Positions 38,921 to 52,532 of a stretch of 64,000 nucleotides of DNA are shown piece by piece. The notes beneath the pieces are model-generated. The model ran no database searches. It was not told where the DNA came from and saw only the letters and a list, made by a program, of their open reading frames with translations. Numbering within the stretch: position 1 is the stretch's first letter; the number at the start of each line of letters is the position of its first letter. This DNA is from Octopus sinensis (Eukaryota). The translations under genes and the position numbers were made by a program. The DNA lies in the NCBI RefSeq assembly GCF_006345805.1, contig NC_043014.1, positions 36,456,001 through 36,520,000 of the forward strand. The letters run 5' to 3'.

Positions 38921-39446
38921 CTTTAGACTCTTAAAATTTCTCACATAATCAGTAACGTGCCCCTTGGGAGCAGAAAAATACATACATCCGTACGCACACA
39001 CTCACACCAACCAGTACATGGAATGCATGTCACTTCACATAATGTACACACTGACACACAGAAGTCCACATAATTTTCAGCTAACCCACTCACACACTAG
39101 CATCCATTCACATAAACACATTCACAGACACCGTCCTCCCAAACACACATGCGCTTGTGCACCTAAGCTCCTTGGATATTACCGTTATCGTTATGATTAT
39201 TATCTCGCTTTCATTCAACCTCTATTTTCCGGTCATCTCGCCATGTTGGACAATTTTTCTCTGCACTTCCATTTCTTTCCCAATTTTCTTTATTCTTTCA
39301 CAGTTTTCATCATTCTCTCTCCATTTTTTTCCTCTTAATCCTTTCTGTCGAAAAGCATAGGCTCGAGACTTAAAAGACTTTTGCTTTCATCCCGAGCGTT
39401 AAAATAATACACCTGCTGTCTTCGTCTTCTGTTTATATATTATATA

Positions 39447-39515
<69 letters not shown>

Positions 39516-39518
39516 ATG

Positions 39519-39576
<58 letters not shown>

Positions 39577-39836
39577 TAGCCGGTGTTTTTCAAACGATAG
39601 CTTTTGGGTAACCATGGATCGTTTTGTTCTCTTACTTTGTTATCACCTTATAATCATCTCATAATAATGACTTTTATTACTCGTATTACTACCTCAGTCA
39701 ATCTAAATGTATATATTTGTCGTTACCTGTCATAAATAGCCTTTTTCTATTTGCAATGTGCATTTTCGTAGATTTTTCATATTTTACCCTTACATTTCCA
39801 CGTGTATTTTATCTTTTCTTTTTATACATATTTCTA

Positions 39837-39897
<61 letters not shown>

Positions 39898-40828
39898 TAA
39901 AGTTTACCAAAATTAGATCCAGATGAATATGGTACTTAAGTTAAAGGCACCAGAATTTGGTATGGTATTATCCATATAAATCAAATGGGGTGATTATAAT
40001 CAAAATAAGCAACAAGCATATCCAGGTAGTGTAGTACAATCGTTTCATGCTACTTCATTTTATTATACACTCTAAGTATTACGTCAGTTGTTAAATGTCG
40101 AGCAATCATCAGCCACACATAGAAGTTTTTTTAAAATTAAATGGACAATGTACATATTTATACTTATTTCATTTGCCAACATTACAAAGAGGGTAGATAT
40201 ATAGACAGAGAGGTTAATCTCATCATTAAGAACGTGGTGGTAGTATGTCCTTCTCCATTGGTAGATTTGTTATCACTGAGTTCACTTGCTATTTAGATCT
40301 ATCAGTGAGGAGGGGGTTTCTTATCTTGGTTCAATGAAGACAAACAAGAATTTTCTATTTATAGATAGAGGAAGGGGTAGTACAAATGTCAAAACCATAA
40401 ATCCATCCTTATTATGAAGAATTTAACTTAAGCATATTTGAATGTATTTTAGCAAACGCTTGTAGGCTGAAGTGTATGGTTTTGACATTTGTACTACCCT
40501 TTCCTCTATCTATAAATGTTAACATTTGACATTATTGACCGAGGTTACCGGGGTATTTACGAAGGCTTTTCCTTCCACGGATAAACCCTATTTACTTTCC
40601 CCCTTACACTTTACATCATCACATTACTATGATACACGATCCCTATTGATCGTTATTTTTCTTTCTTTCACTTTTACGATCCCTTTTGATCGAAAACCTA
40701 CCCCCATTTTTTTCTTCCCCCCCCCCCCCCATAGAACAGCTCTACTTTGTAATCTGTCCCATCTATGTGCAGCCCTGTGTGGCTAATAAAGAAACATACC
40801 TAACTATCTCTATCTTTCTATCCATTCA

Positions 40829-40859
<31 letters not shown>

Positions 40860-40909
40860 CTCTCTCTCTCTCCTCTCTCTAAATATATATATATATAATA
40901 TATATATAT

Positions 40910-43126
40910 TGTTATGGTTTGGCTAGTGCAGTATTTTTTGACCCACTTTGTGTGAGTGACGCCTGCAGGTCTGGAGTCAAAAACGAAAGGCCTTTGTTTA
41001 CTGGAAGAGGAATGGCTTTTGGAGGGACCTTTGGCCTTGTGCAGTCAATTGGAGGTCGTTCTAGACACCCCTTGAAGAAGAGGAAGAGGAAAGTAGTGAG
41101 AAAGATAGAGTAAGGAATCTCAGAGCAGATAGAGAGGATGACAGCAGCAGCGCCGATAAAGGTATGTGATGCTGTACCCAAGAAATCTTGTGATTTGGAA
41201 CCCGTAGAGGTTGAGGAAACCGAAGGGCCTGTTGAAGGTGTTATGGCTGATGCTGTTGTTCCCTGTCTGGAGCCCTTGGCATCTCGACCCCTGTCTCTCG
41301 GAGCTCAGGACGAAGAGCTGGCGAGGTCTGGGGCAGATATCGCTGAGTCCGAGGTTCCGGATCTGTGTGTGGTGGTCGCGGCAGGTGTTATGCCGTGTGC
41401 GAGTCCTTTGGTGTCTGGGCCCCTGTCTCTCGGGGCTCAGAAGGACTGTATGGTTTCCACTGTGGAGAGGCCACAGGCGTGGATGGACTGGCGGCCGAGC
41501 GTGTGTGTTGTGAAGCCTTCGGTGCAGAAGCTGGTGAGGAAGAGGACCAAGCCCGTTGACGAGGCGAGACGGCTACGAACGGTGGTGGGTCCACCAAGAC
41601 CAGGAAGACTGCTTCAGTGTTGGGTGAGCTGTGTGGTTGATGGCTGCTTGGGGCCGGTGGAGCCCGACAGGCAGTGCATAGTAAAAGCTCAATTGAGGGT
41701 CGGGTGGACCCTAGTAAAAGCAGAAGCTGGCAGAGCGCTGGCTGGGTCGGCCGATCGTTTGGAAGTGGCATAGGCGATTTGTAGAAGGCAAACCGAGGAA
41801 TCGTGCCAGATGGCGAACCAGTGGTGGGGCCAGTTCTGCCGATACGGCAACGCAGTTGAAGGAGATGGTGGCCCACTGATGCAGTTGCGGAAGCGGTCCG
41901 CAAGGAGTCGCTGGTGCTTGGTTGGCACTCGGGTGAGCTCTGTATTCGATGGTTGCGTGGGGCTGGTGGAGCCCAACAGGCAGTGCATAGTAAGGGCTCA
42001 ATTGAGGGTCGGCTGGACCCTGGTGGAGGCAGAAGTTGACAGAGTGCTGGTTGGGTCGGCCGATTTATGAAGGCTGCGCAGGCGATTTGTAGAGGGCAAA
42101 TCGTGGAACTGCGCCGGACGGTGAACCAGCGGCGGGGACAGTTCTGCCAGTACGGCAATGCAGTTGAAGGAGATGGTGGTCCACCGATGCAGTTGCGGAA
42201 GAAGGAACCGTTGGTGAAAAGCGCAGGAGGACGTTGGTCGCGAGGGTTGTCGGATGTTGGTCGCACAAACATGGCAGAGTGCTTCATCAACCAAGGCGGT
42301 CGTCGCTTGAGGAAGCAGCGAGGCCGGAGGAAAGTCCCAGTACGGCAGCGAAAGAGGAGATATCGGCGACAGGGAACAGTGGAAAAGCGGAATGGTCCCT
42401 GGTCGTCGGCGATAATTGCACGGAACGAAGACGGCACAGCAAGATGCTACGTGGGGTATAGAGCCCTGAGGAGGGTGGCCACTGTGAAGGATTGGCCGGA
42501 CCCTGCCTGTGTGAAGGATTTGAGGAACTTCCTCGGACGGTGCGCCTATTGTAGGCGGCTTGTAGGAAGCTTGGCGGCCTTGGCAGAGGTGTTACCCGAG
42601 CCGCAGAGGGAAGGTGCCAACCTGTGGCCAGTGGTGAAGTGGTGGCCGTGGGATGTGAGACCCCCGGAAGAGAAACCACCCAAGGGGACCTCCAGTTCCT
42701 GGAACATCTGCTGGGGCTCGCCCTCAGAGGTGCGGGTTTGTTGTGCTTTTTGTCGGGTCGACAAAGCTTAGGTAGGGGGTAGTGTTATGGTTTGGCTAGT
42801 GCAGTAGTTCTTGACCCACTTTGTGGGAGTGGCGCCTGCAGGTCTGGAGTCAAAAACGAAAGGCCTTTGTTTACTGGAAGAGTAATGGCTTTTGGAGGAA
42901 TCTTTGGCCTTGTGCGGTCGATTGGAGGTCGTTCTAGACACCCCTTGAAGGAGAGGAAGAGGAAAGTAGTGAGAAAGATAGAGTAAGGAATCTGAGAGCA
43001 GATAGAGAGGATGACAGCAGCAGCGCCGATAAAGATAGGGACATAGGACCAGGCGGGATAGAGAGAGTATAAGGCTAAGAGACAGATTGAGGGTAGTGAT
43101 AAAGACAGTTGGTATTCGGTCGTCAA
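40910..43126 (+). mobile_element. Internally deleted Gypsy-type LTR retrotransposon (copy 2)
   Basis: Direct repeats starting TGTTATGGTTTGGC at 40910 and 42783; polypurine tract aggtagggggtag at 42770-42782; pol relics PWSSAIIARNEDGTARCYVGYRAL and VKDWPDPACVKDLRNFLGRCAYCRR. The 3' LTR end is uncertain. Confidence 0.85.
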
Positions 43127-45176
43127 AGCGAGTAGTTGGAATTTTGGGAGCAGGCGTTTGGGATGCAGGAGCTTGGCAAGTTGGAGTTACGGCACGGAGA
43201 GAGATATATACAGAGGAATAGGCGGCTGTTAGAGAGGAACTACAATATGGGACACTGGCTATTCAATTAGGAATTAAGGTATTTAATTGTATTGATACGT
43301 GCTACGATTTAAAGAGACTGTACAAGAAAAAAAAGAAGAAGAAAGAGAGAGAAAAAGAAGGACTCTGATGTAGTCGTTAAAGACATTGAACTGTATATGA
43401 CTTGTTGATGTGTTTTGAAATAGAACTGTGTTTTCGGACGTGTACCTTTGAAATGCTGATGTATTAACCTTGTTGTGTCGTTACCGGCGGTTATATTGTT
43501 ACTTGCATGTTTAAATGCTTTGATCTGTTGTATACTCTGTATTGATTTGTTGTTTCCTTTAAATGCTTTGATCTGTGGTATACCCGTATGATGTATTGAG
43601 TTGTCACGTGCATGTCCTCCTTTAAATGTATCTAAAATGTATTTGATGTAACAGTTGATTGTCATATAAACTAGTTGTTAAATGTAAGCCAGTGGTGCCT
43701 TGCCTCTTTGTGTCTCTCTCGGTTGCCTCTGTATCTCTCTGTGCTGCTGCTGCTGTTGTTGCTGTCTCTCCTCTCTCCTCTTTGTGTTCCGTGGCGAACT
43801 TGCCCGTTCGGGCGAGCGACGGCGGGTGATTCCGTAACAATATATATATATCTTTCATCGTTTGTCTTTTACTTACTTCAGTCATTAGACTGCAGTCATG
43901 CTGGGGCACCGTCTTGAGATTTTAATCGATTGAATAGACCCCATTACTTATAATTTAAGCCTGGTACCTATTCTATCGGTCTCTTTTGTCAACCCCCTCT
44001 AAGTTACGGAGACGTAAACACCAACACCAGTTGTCAAGTGGTGATGGGGAGACAAACACAGACATATACACATAGATATATATATAATACAATATACATA
44101 GACATATACATATATATACATATATATGCGACAGGCTTCTTTCAGTTTCCGTCTACCAAAGAACCATTTCAATCAATATCTAATAAACATTGATTTATGA
44201 TGCTATTCTCCTCTGATAAACCAAGTAAAATTTGTGTTACTTTCTTATTTACTAAGACTAAAGTTTATATTAATACGAATAAATAAATTAGAACAATTAC
44301 TATATATAATTATATAAAATTTTGAACAATTTTGCATATATGAATGTTTCTTGTAGACCCTATAAAATTTAGCATATATCATCATATGTTCTTTCGAACT
44401 TGTATATACACATAAAAAACTTATGTGTACACTACGGTAGTAGTTGAATAATATTCTTAACGTAGCTTTTTGTTGCAGTTGGCGTCTTCCAAGTAGTCTC
44501 ACTAATTCACTTTAAATCCAAATCAAATTTAGTTTTTAAAATTATGTTTGACTTGTGATAAGCTACATTTAGACATAAAATACTTAAAGTCTGGTGCAGT
44601 AGAACAAAAGAGAAAAAGCGTATAGACCAAACTGGTTGACTGACGGGTAATAAAGCCCGACATCGGCATTTTGAATCCACACCATTCTTTTAATTTTGAT
44701 CAAGAATTATTATATTGATATTAATATGAAAGGAAATGTTAAAGGAATATATTGGTAAAGGTTTCGTAAAATGTTATCCATTAGAAAAAAGTTATTAATT
44801 TCAATTCTCAAATTTGTATCAATTTTTGCGTGATATTAAAGGGACTAGACATGTATGAACTAAACTATTTCTTAGTTGCACACACAAGAAAATACAAACG
44901 ACAACACAAATCAATACAAAGTGTTCTATTTATTTTCTTTAGTATAAATTACTTTTTATAAAAAGTGAATTTTTTTGCTTAACTTTTTGTAGTGTGGCTT
45001 TTTAACGTCCATTTTTGAATAAATTATTTTAATAACAAGATTATTTGATAAAAATATTAAGTATTCTATCATGTTGTAGGGCTGTTCAGAAAAGGCAAAT
45101 GACAAAAATTCTAATATTTTAAGACACTTGCTTCCCAGCTATATGGCTGGGAAGCAAGCGTCTTACAGTGACTCCT

Positions 45177-45210
<34 letters not shown>

Positions 45211-46157
45211 TGAATGAGGCAGAAAGATTTCAATAAATAAATGCATAGATATGCATGCATATATGCTAATGTATAGATGTATCAACCAATATATCTATAT
45301 ATATAAATTTGTCTCTCTCTTTCTATATATGATATACATGTATGTATGTATGAATGTATGCATATATATATTATATATATATATATATAATATATATATA
45401 ATAATATATATATATATATATATATATACATACATATTTTATATGTATATATGTGTGTGTGTGTGTATGTGTAAGTCCGTGTGTGTGTCCGTAAATAAAT
45501 ACTTATGTATCAAGATATTTTTAACTGAGACGTTAGAACCATATTTAATACTTGAAGAGCTTAAATTGTGTGCATGTGCATATATTTACCACATTGATGA
45601 TATCTATCACAGGTTTTTCCCATTGTGTTGATGAACTATTTTCTATGATTAATAAAACTGTCGGTATTTTGACGACACAGGTATGTTAGTATAATAATAA
45701 ATATCAAAAACTAACTGCAAAGTTTTATTTGTGGATAGATGTAATCCGTATTCCAACAACCGTTATTTATTGGCTCTCTTTTTCTCTTCTGATTCTGTTC
45801 TTCTTCTTTTTCTTCTTCTGTCTTTCTCTCTTCTTCTTTCTTCTTCTTCTTCTCTTTTCTTCTTCTTCTTTCTCTTCTTCGTCTCTTCTTCTTCTTCTTC
45901 TTCTTTCTTCTTCTTTCTTCTTCTTTCTTCTTCCGTATTCTTCTTCTTCTTTTCTTCTTTCTCTTTCTACTACTTCTTCTTCTTTTTTCTCTTCTTCTTC
46001 TTCTTCTTTCTTCTCTTCTTCTTCTTTCTCTCTTCTTCTTCTTCTTCTTCTTTCTTCTTCTTCTCTTCTCTTTTTCTTCTTCTTTCTTCTTTTCATAGTT
46101 ACATTTATATTTTTTTTATGACATCTATCTCTGATCTATGATTTTTTTTCTATGCAG

Positions 46158-46490
46158 TTATTGAGATTGCAGATGTGTTTCCTTCAAGCAATATTGATTT
46201 TGCACACGCAACATTCTTAACTATAAAATGTCGGTATGATATAGAAAATCTTCTTATGTTTTTTCTCGTGCGAAATCACAGTGAAATTATTGTTCGAATC
46301 AATTTTCAATTGAAGACACGAATTTTTGAGGTAGTAACCAGTAGAAAGGGTTTTGACTGTACTATACCTACATTACCTGTACGTAAGAAAGGTGTGATTA
46401 CCTGCTCGAAACGTTATCCCTCTTGTGAGGATGCGACATACTACAAATGTTCAGCAAATAAAGAATCTTCAAAATCTAGAGTTGTAAGAG
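46158..46490 (+). CDS. Ig-GPI gene copy 2, exon 3: V-like Ig1 (intact)
   Basis: Same splice sites as copy 1, 333 nt, open frame, all five Cys conserved, 87/111 aa identical to copy 1. Confidence 0.88.
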
Positions 46491-47736
46491 GTCAGTTTAC
46501 TCGTTCTATTTTTACTTCCGTTTCTTTTTTTGCACGTATTCAATTCCATTATCATTATTTTTATTTCTATTGTGTGTTTCTATTGCACTATCGAACACAA
46601 GTTTCATCCAGTCATGTCAATTGCCAAGGCCAGCCTGACTACTCCTCTCTCCATCACTCCCGATCTTCCATTAGTGTTTTTAGGTCTTCAACTTGGCATC
46701 CAACATCTTCTGCAAGCTGTTGTATATATGTCTTCCGTGGTCTTCCAGTCGCTGTAGTACCGTGATTTCGTGCCCAACACTCGTTACTCACAAGTTCTTC
46801 TTTACTTCTCCAGCAATGGTCAGCAAAACCAATGTCCGCTCTTAGATGATTGATGAGAAAGTTGATACATTCCCATATAACCTTTGTTTAGTTGGGTGCT
46901 CCCTCCATTAAATGTTGGGCACTGCACGTAACATTCTGGTGTAGGTACCGTCCAGCATGCACTTAAGTCCCTCTCTTTCTTTTCTCTCTTTACTTATTTC
47001 AGTCATTTGACAGCGGCCATGCTGGAGCACCGCCTTTAGTCGAGCAAATCAACACCGGGACTTATTCTTTGTAAGCCCAGTACTTATTCTATTGGTCTCT
47101 TTTCGTCGGACCGCCAAGTGCATGTCTGTATATGCATGCATGAATGTATGTAAATGTTTGCGTATGTGAATATATCTGTATCTATATATGTGTCCACATA
47201 TTCATACATGCGCACACACACACATACATACACGCACACACGCAAATATATATAATTGCACACAAATACATGCTTATGTGTAAGTAAATATACACGTGTA
47301 TGAATGTGTCATTCATTTGTTGTGGAGTTACTGCTAGTGACTTGGCCCCACACAGCCTTAGCACTGCTTACACAGTTAACCACTTCCAAGCAACAGTTCC
47401 CAAAGTCCAGGATTAACAATAATTGGAGTGTTGTCAAATGTTTTAGTTTAGTATGAATTGTAGTTTACATTAGTGAAACTACTCTTTGATTGTGAGGCCC
47501 TTTGTTCGAAGATAAGCATATTTCGATTCTCTTTACTCTTTTACTCTTTTACTTGTTTCAGTCATTTGACTGCGGCCATGCTGGAGCACCGCATTTAGTC
47601 GAGCAAATCGACCCGGGACTTATTCTTTTTAAGCCCAGTACATATTTTATCGGTCTCTTTTGCCGAACCGCTAAGTGACGGGGACGTAAATAAAACAGCA
47701 TCGGTTGTCAAGCAATGCTAGGGGGACAAACAAACA

Positions 47737-47776
<40 letters not shown>

Positions 47777-47786
47777 TATATATATA

Positions 47787-47824
<38 letters not shown>

Positions 47825-48011
47825 GGCTTCTTTCAGTTTCCGTCTACTACAAATCCACTCACAAGGCATTAGTCGGCCCGGGCTATAGCAGAAGACACTT
47901 GCCCAAGATGCCACGCAGTGGGACTGAACCCCGAACCATGTGGTTGGTTAGCAAGCTACTTACTACACAGCCACTCCCCTGGCCTATTCTTTTTGTTTTT
48001 TTTCTTTTCAG

Positions 48012-48317
48012 TGAGATCTTTCATTAAGAAACTTGAATTTCTTAACCCGCCCGCTGAAGTAAACAAGCTAGCGATCTTCAGATGTTCAGCATACATCGGT
48101 GCACCTTTTGGCGCTACTGACTTTTTATGGAGTCATGAGACAAAACACCACAATTGGATAAATGTGAATGAAGTGCATGTTCGACCTCATGGAAAGTGTT
48201 TATCTCCAGCAGTGTCACTTAAGAAATTCGTTATAAGAGAGGGGGACATTGGTAACTCAAGCGTCTCATGTTCTGTATACAGTGAATCACGCACTCTACA
48301 GCTCACCAGCAAAACAG
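48012..48317 (+). CDS. Ig-GPI gene copy 2, exon 4: Ig2 (intact; reads through to TAA at 48376 if the donor is unused)
   Basis: 306-nt phase 1-1 exon, about 94% aa identical to copy 1. Exons 5-6 are not assembled (expected in or behind the gap). Confidence 0.87.
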
Positions 48318-50689
48318 GTAAACAAATTTTCTTTGTGTTATCTTCCTTAACGCCTTTATATATTCTTGTTCATTAATATCTCCTGAAACAATATTTCTGG
48401 TTAAGTTACACCTTCCAGTAAATTTGTACATCCACTCACGGTTATATTGACAATTATATTTATCCTTGACAGGTATATCATTACGATTAACCAAATTTAT
48501 ATATTTGCTTTTTTAAGATTCTGGAGACATTTAGTTGATATAAGAAGCTGCATTCTTTAAATGCACTCTATATGACATGGTTTGCATAAATTCTTCCTTA
48601 TGGCGGAAATTGTAGTGAAAAGGTCCGTAGAGCACGGAAAGTGGACATTCTCTTTATAAATACATGCATACACATGCACGAACGCACGTACACACGAATG
48701 CACACAGGAACGCACGCACACGCACACACACATGCACACACGCACGCACACACTATACACACAGTAGTAGAGGAATGGTACACACCCTTACCACGTGGCA
48801 AAGTGGTATGACTCAGCCACTATAAGTCAGCAATCATTTGTTGTTTGGTCAGTCAGTAGTAGCAGAGTTGTTATTTCATTTGCAGGCTGGTTAACATCTT
48901 GAAATTTTCTGTGATTTGAATTGGTTTTCACTGTGTTTGACTGTTTTGTGTCCAACGGCACATCGTTTTGCTGCCTCAGGCGGCTTTGTTGACGCTTTCC
49001 TCCTTGTTTGAAAGGGGAGGCGCGGTAATGGAGACGAGAACTGAAAAGGTTAGCTCCTCAGACTTGTCGTCCGAGGAGGAACTTGTTAAAAGTTTGAAAA
49101 AGATTGACGAGGCAATGGAGTCCAAGAACTCCAGGCGGTGAAAGAGAAAAGTGAGGACGTATGCTTGCAAGAATTGAATCAATTCAAGGAAATCTTTGAA
49201 ATTGAGGGGAACGATGTAAAGGTGTCCATTTCCAGTGAGATAACGGAAGGAGTTAAAAGAAGAACCGTAGTGTGCAGAACTTACAGTTTGTAATTACAGC
49301 GAACAGAGGTCGCAACCACAACACAGGTTGAAATGGCAGAGAGGATTTAAGGAAGTGAATATGGAAGGAAGTGAATTACCTTGCTAGAAGCAGAAGATAG
49401 ACAACGGGAGAGGTGCGTTTTACGTCGAAATTTTGGGCCAGGTAGCATGGCATGACTCCCTTCAAAACGGGTGAAGTGGTCTTTCTAACCATTTACCTGG
49501 GAAGGCGTGCTTCTGGGGTAAGGGTAAGAGATATCTCCTTAGGTGGGTGTAGCCTGGTGGTGGCCGCCATCCCGTTGGAAATAACAGATAAATTTGTGAG
49601 CTTCCAGGCCAAAAGTGTACCACAAAGAAATTGGCACTGGAAATGATAATCCAGGCCGCCGTGGGAGATTCAGAGAAGATGGTAGAAACCATCACATTTG
49701 GAGAGGATGTAAAGCTGAGAGTCTTAGTGGAGAGCAGGATTCACTGTTGCTTTAAATGCTGTCAAACAGGCACATAAACAGGATACACTCCACCTGCCGC
49801 AAAGGAACCAACGAAGGAAAGCGCACCTCCACCGCTTGCGATGTCATGTGTGAGCAAAAAAGAACTGGAGAAGGAGGAAGATAATCAGGTGGCAGAAGAG
49901 AAACATGGATGGAATACGGCACCAAAGAAACGGAAGAGAGGGAAAAGAAGAACAAGCGAAAATGTGAATTCCTACCCTACTCCCACCCTGCTCAACGCTG
50001 TCCCACCATCCCCTGCAGTCACCAACAGCAAGTCAAAGAACATGAACGACTATTTTTTAGTGCCCACAGGGTCCAAACATAGAGGGGACGATACAAATGA
50101 GGGAGGAGTGGATAAACGAATGATTTTAGAATAGATGAATAGTTAAAAATTACGTTAAGAATTTTTATAAATAGGATGAACCAAACATAACCATACAATG
50201 AAGTGGGGGACGGCTTCGCTTCGACCCCGCAAACCCATGCCACATTGTAACCTTTTGTATAATCTTATGGATATACTATGCGGATTCTTCATTCTCAACA
50301 AACTCGCTACAGCTTTCCCATCGTTTTCCGTATAAATCAGGTGCAGGCATTTTATATCTCCACCTTATTTTTCTCTAAGATGGTATATGAGGAAATTAAC
50401 CAGTCAAGGCTGGAGATGAAGATGCCTCTCACGATTCTTTTCACGTGGGTCTTCCGTACTACTTCTTTCGGTATAGCGGACCACAATGAGAAAACGAGCC
50501 ATGCTGTCTTTGTTAAAAGAGGAACAGGAACAATCTATACAATCGACTCGAAAGACAGTCGTACTCTTCCCAGCCGCGTCAGCGGTGTTCAAGGTAAACC
50601 CACATTTCGGAAATTTTGGGTCATTGTACAATCGCGTGCGGAACAGTTTCCTGTCCTGCTCGCATCATGGGCGCGCGGGTGCGCAAGGA

Positions 50690-50789
50690 NNNNNNNNNNN
50701 NNNNNNNNNNNNNNNNNNNNNNNNNNNNNNNNNNNNNNNNNNNNNNNNNNNNNNNNNNNNNNNNNNNNNNNNNNNNNNNNNNNNNNNNN
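50690..50789. other. Assembly gap (100 N, true size unknown)
   Basis: Run of exactly 100 N. Confidence 1.
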
Positions 50790-50876
50790 AGCAATACCCT
50801 ATTTCTACTACTCTATTTCTTTGTAAGACACTAACCTTTCATCATCAGATATCGGGCCACCTCCTCCAATGGTTCC

Positions 50877-50910
<34 letters not shown>

Positions 50911-51729
50911 ACCGTTGGCGATTTTTTTTGCTCTATCTTCCCATCTCTGGATCTTTCCTTCTCCAATGTTTCCGATGAAGAGCTCCGCTCGAAACTTTAA
51001 GCTCTCCTTCTTTCCTTCTTTCCTGAGCGTCCAATAATACTATATTTGTTCCACGTCCTCGCGTTGTTGTGTTTTTTTGTGCTTTCTTGTTTGGATTAAC
51101 TCTCTCTATATATATATATACAAATAAATAAATATATATATATATATATATATATGTATAAATAGAGGAATTTATCTCTTTATGTTTACATATGCGAATT
51201 ATTCTGTAGCCATGATAAAACTCCGAGAAAAAAAGCAGGGTTCAGAGTAACGATACAGAGAAAAGGCATATGGGAGTATACAAAGAGTAAACCACGTCTA
51301 TATACGCACATACAATTATGCACGCGCACACACACGCCTATATGCGACATACCCGCACACGTCTATACACTCACACACGCCATTAAGGAAACTATACTCT
51401 ATGAAACATTTAGAGAAAATTAGAGACCTGATTATGCGCATAAGATGGAAGATATTATCCATATAAATCAAATGGGGTGATTATAATCGCCCCATTTGAT
51501 TTATATGGATAATACCTTACTAAATTCTGGTACCTGTATATATATATATATAATATATTATAATGATAAAATTAGGGAGTATGGCTCCAAACTTACAGGG
51601 AAAAATTAGATTTAGGATTAAATCAAATTTCACAGTATAAATATATAAAATATGAATTAGAGATAAAACCACTATTAGGCAACTCAAACAGTTTGAGTTG
51701 CCTAATAGTGGTTTTATCTCTAATTCATA

Positions 51730-51805
<76 letters not shown>

Positions 51806-52464
51806 AATGTAAAAAAATACAAACTGGGACAAGAACATGAAACATTTAGAAGTCGATTATGATAACGATAGTCACTGTGGTTTGAACAATTAGCTTAAGG
51901 TCCACTCCACTTCAATAGCGAAATTCTTTCCCAGCCTTCGAACATTCTTTCAATCAACGTACCCTTCCCACTCCACTTGTTCCCTACCTACTATTCCTTT
52001 AACCCTTCTCTTCCTACTATCTATCTTTGACGTCAATTCTTCTAACGATTTTTTAAAAATCACTCATTATCGTTTTGTTTACATGTAGGCAGTCATCGAA
52101 ATTTTTGTTTGTCTTTTTGTCGAGAGAGGCTCCCTTTCTTTTTTGATGAGAAGACTGCATAATGCACCCTTTATTCATTTGGAATGAAACCATGTTGTCT
52201 TCGAAACATATGTCGAGAGTAAAGGAATTTGCTAACATCTTCGTTCGACCCCATTCTTTCATTTATTCATATATAACACACAAATTTCTGCACATGAACC
52301 CGGAGTTTCTACCGTTGAACAGGTCGCTTCAACCGTGTTTCTGAGTTTCTGACGTGAATTTGCTACCCTGGTTTCGGTTCAACGAATTTTCCATGCTTAC
52401 GATAAACGTAGGATAATTCATTCACTATTTAAATATATATATATATATAATACATATATATATA

Positions 52465-52532
<68 letters not shown>

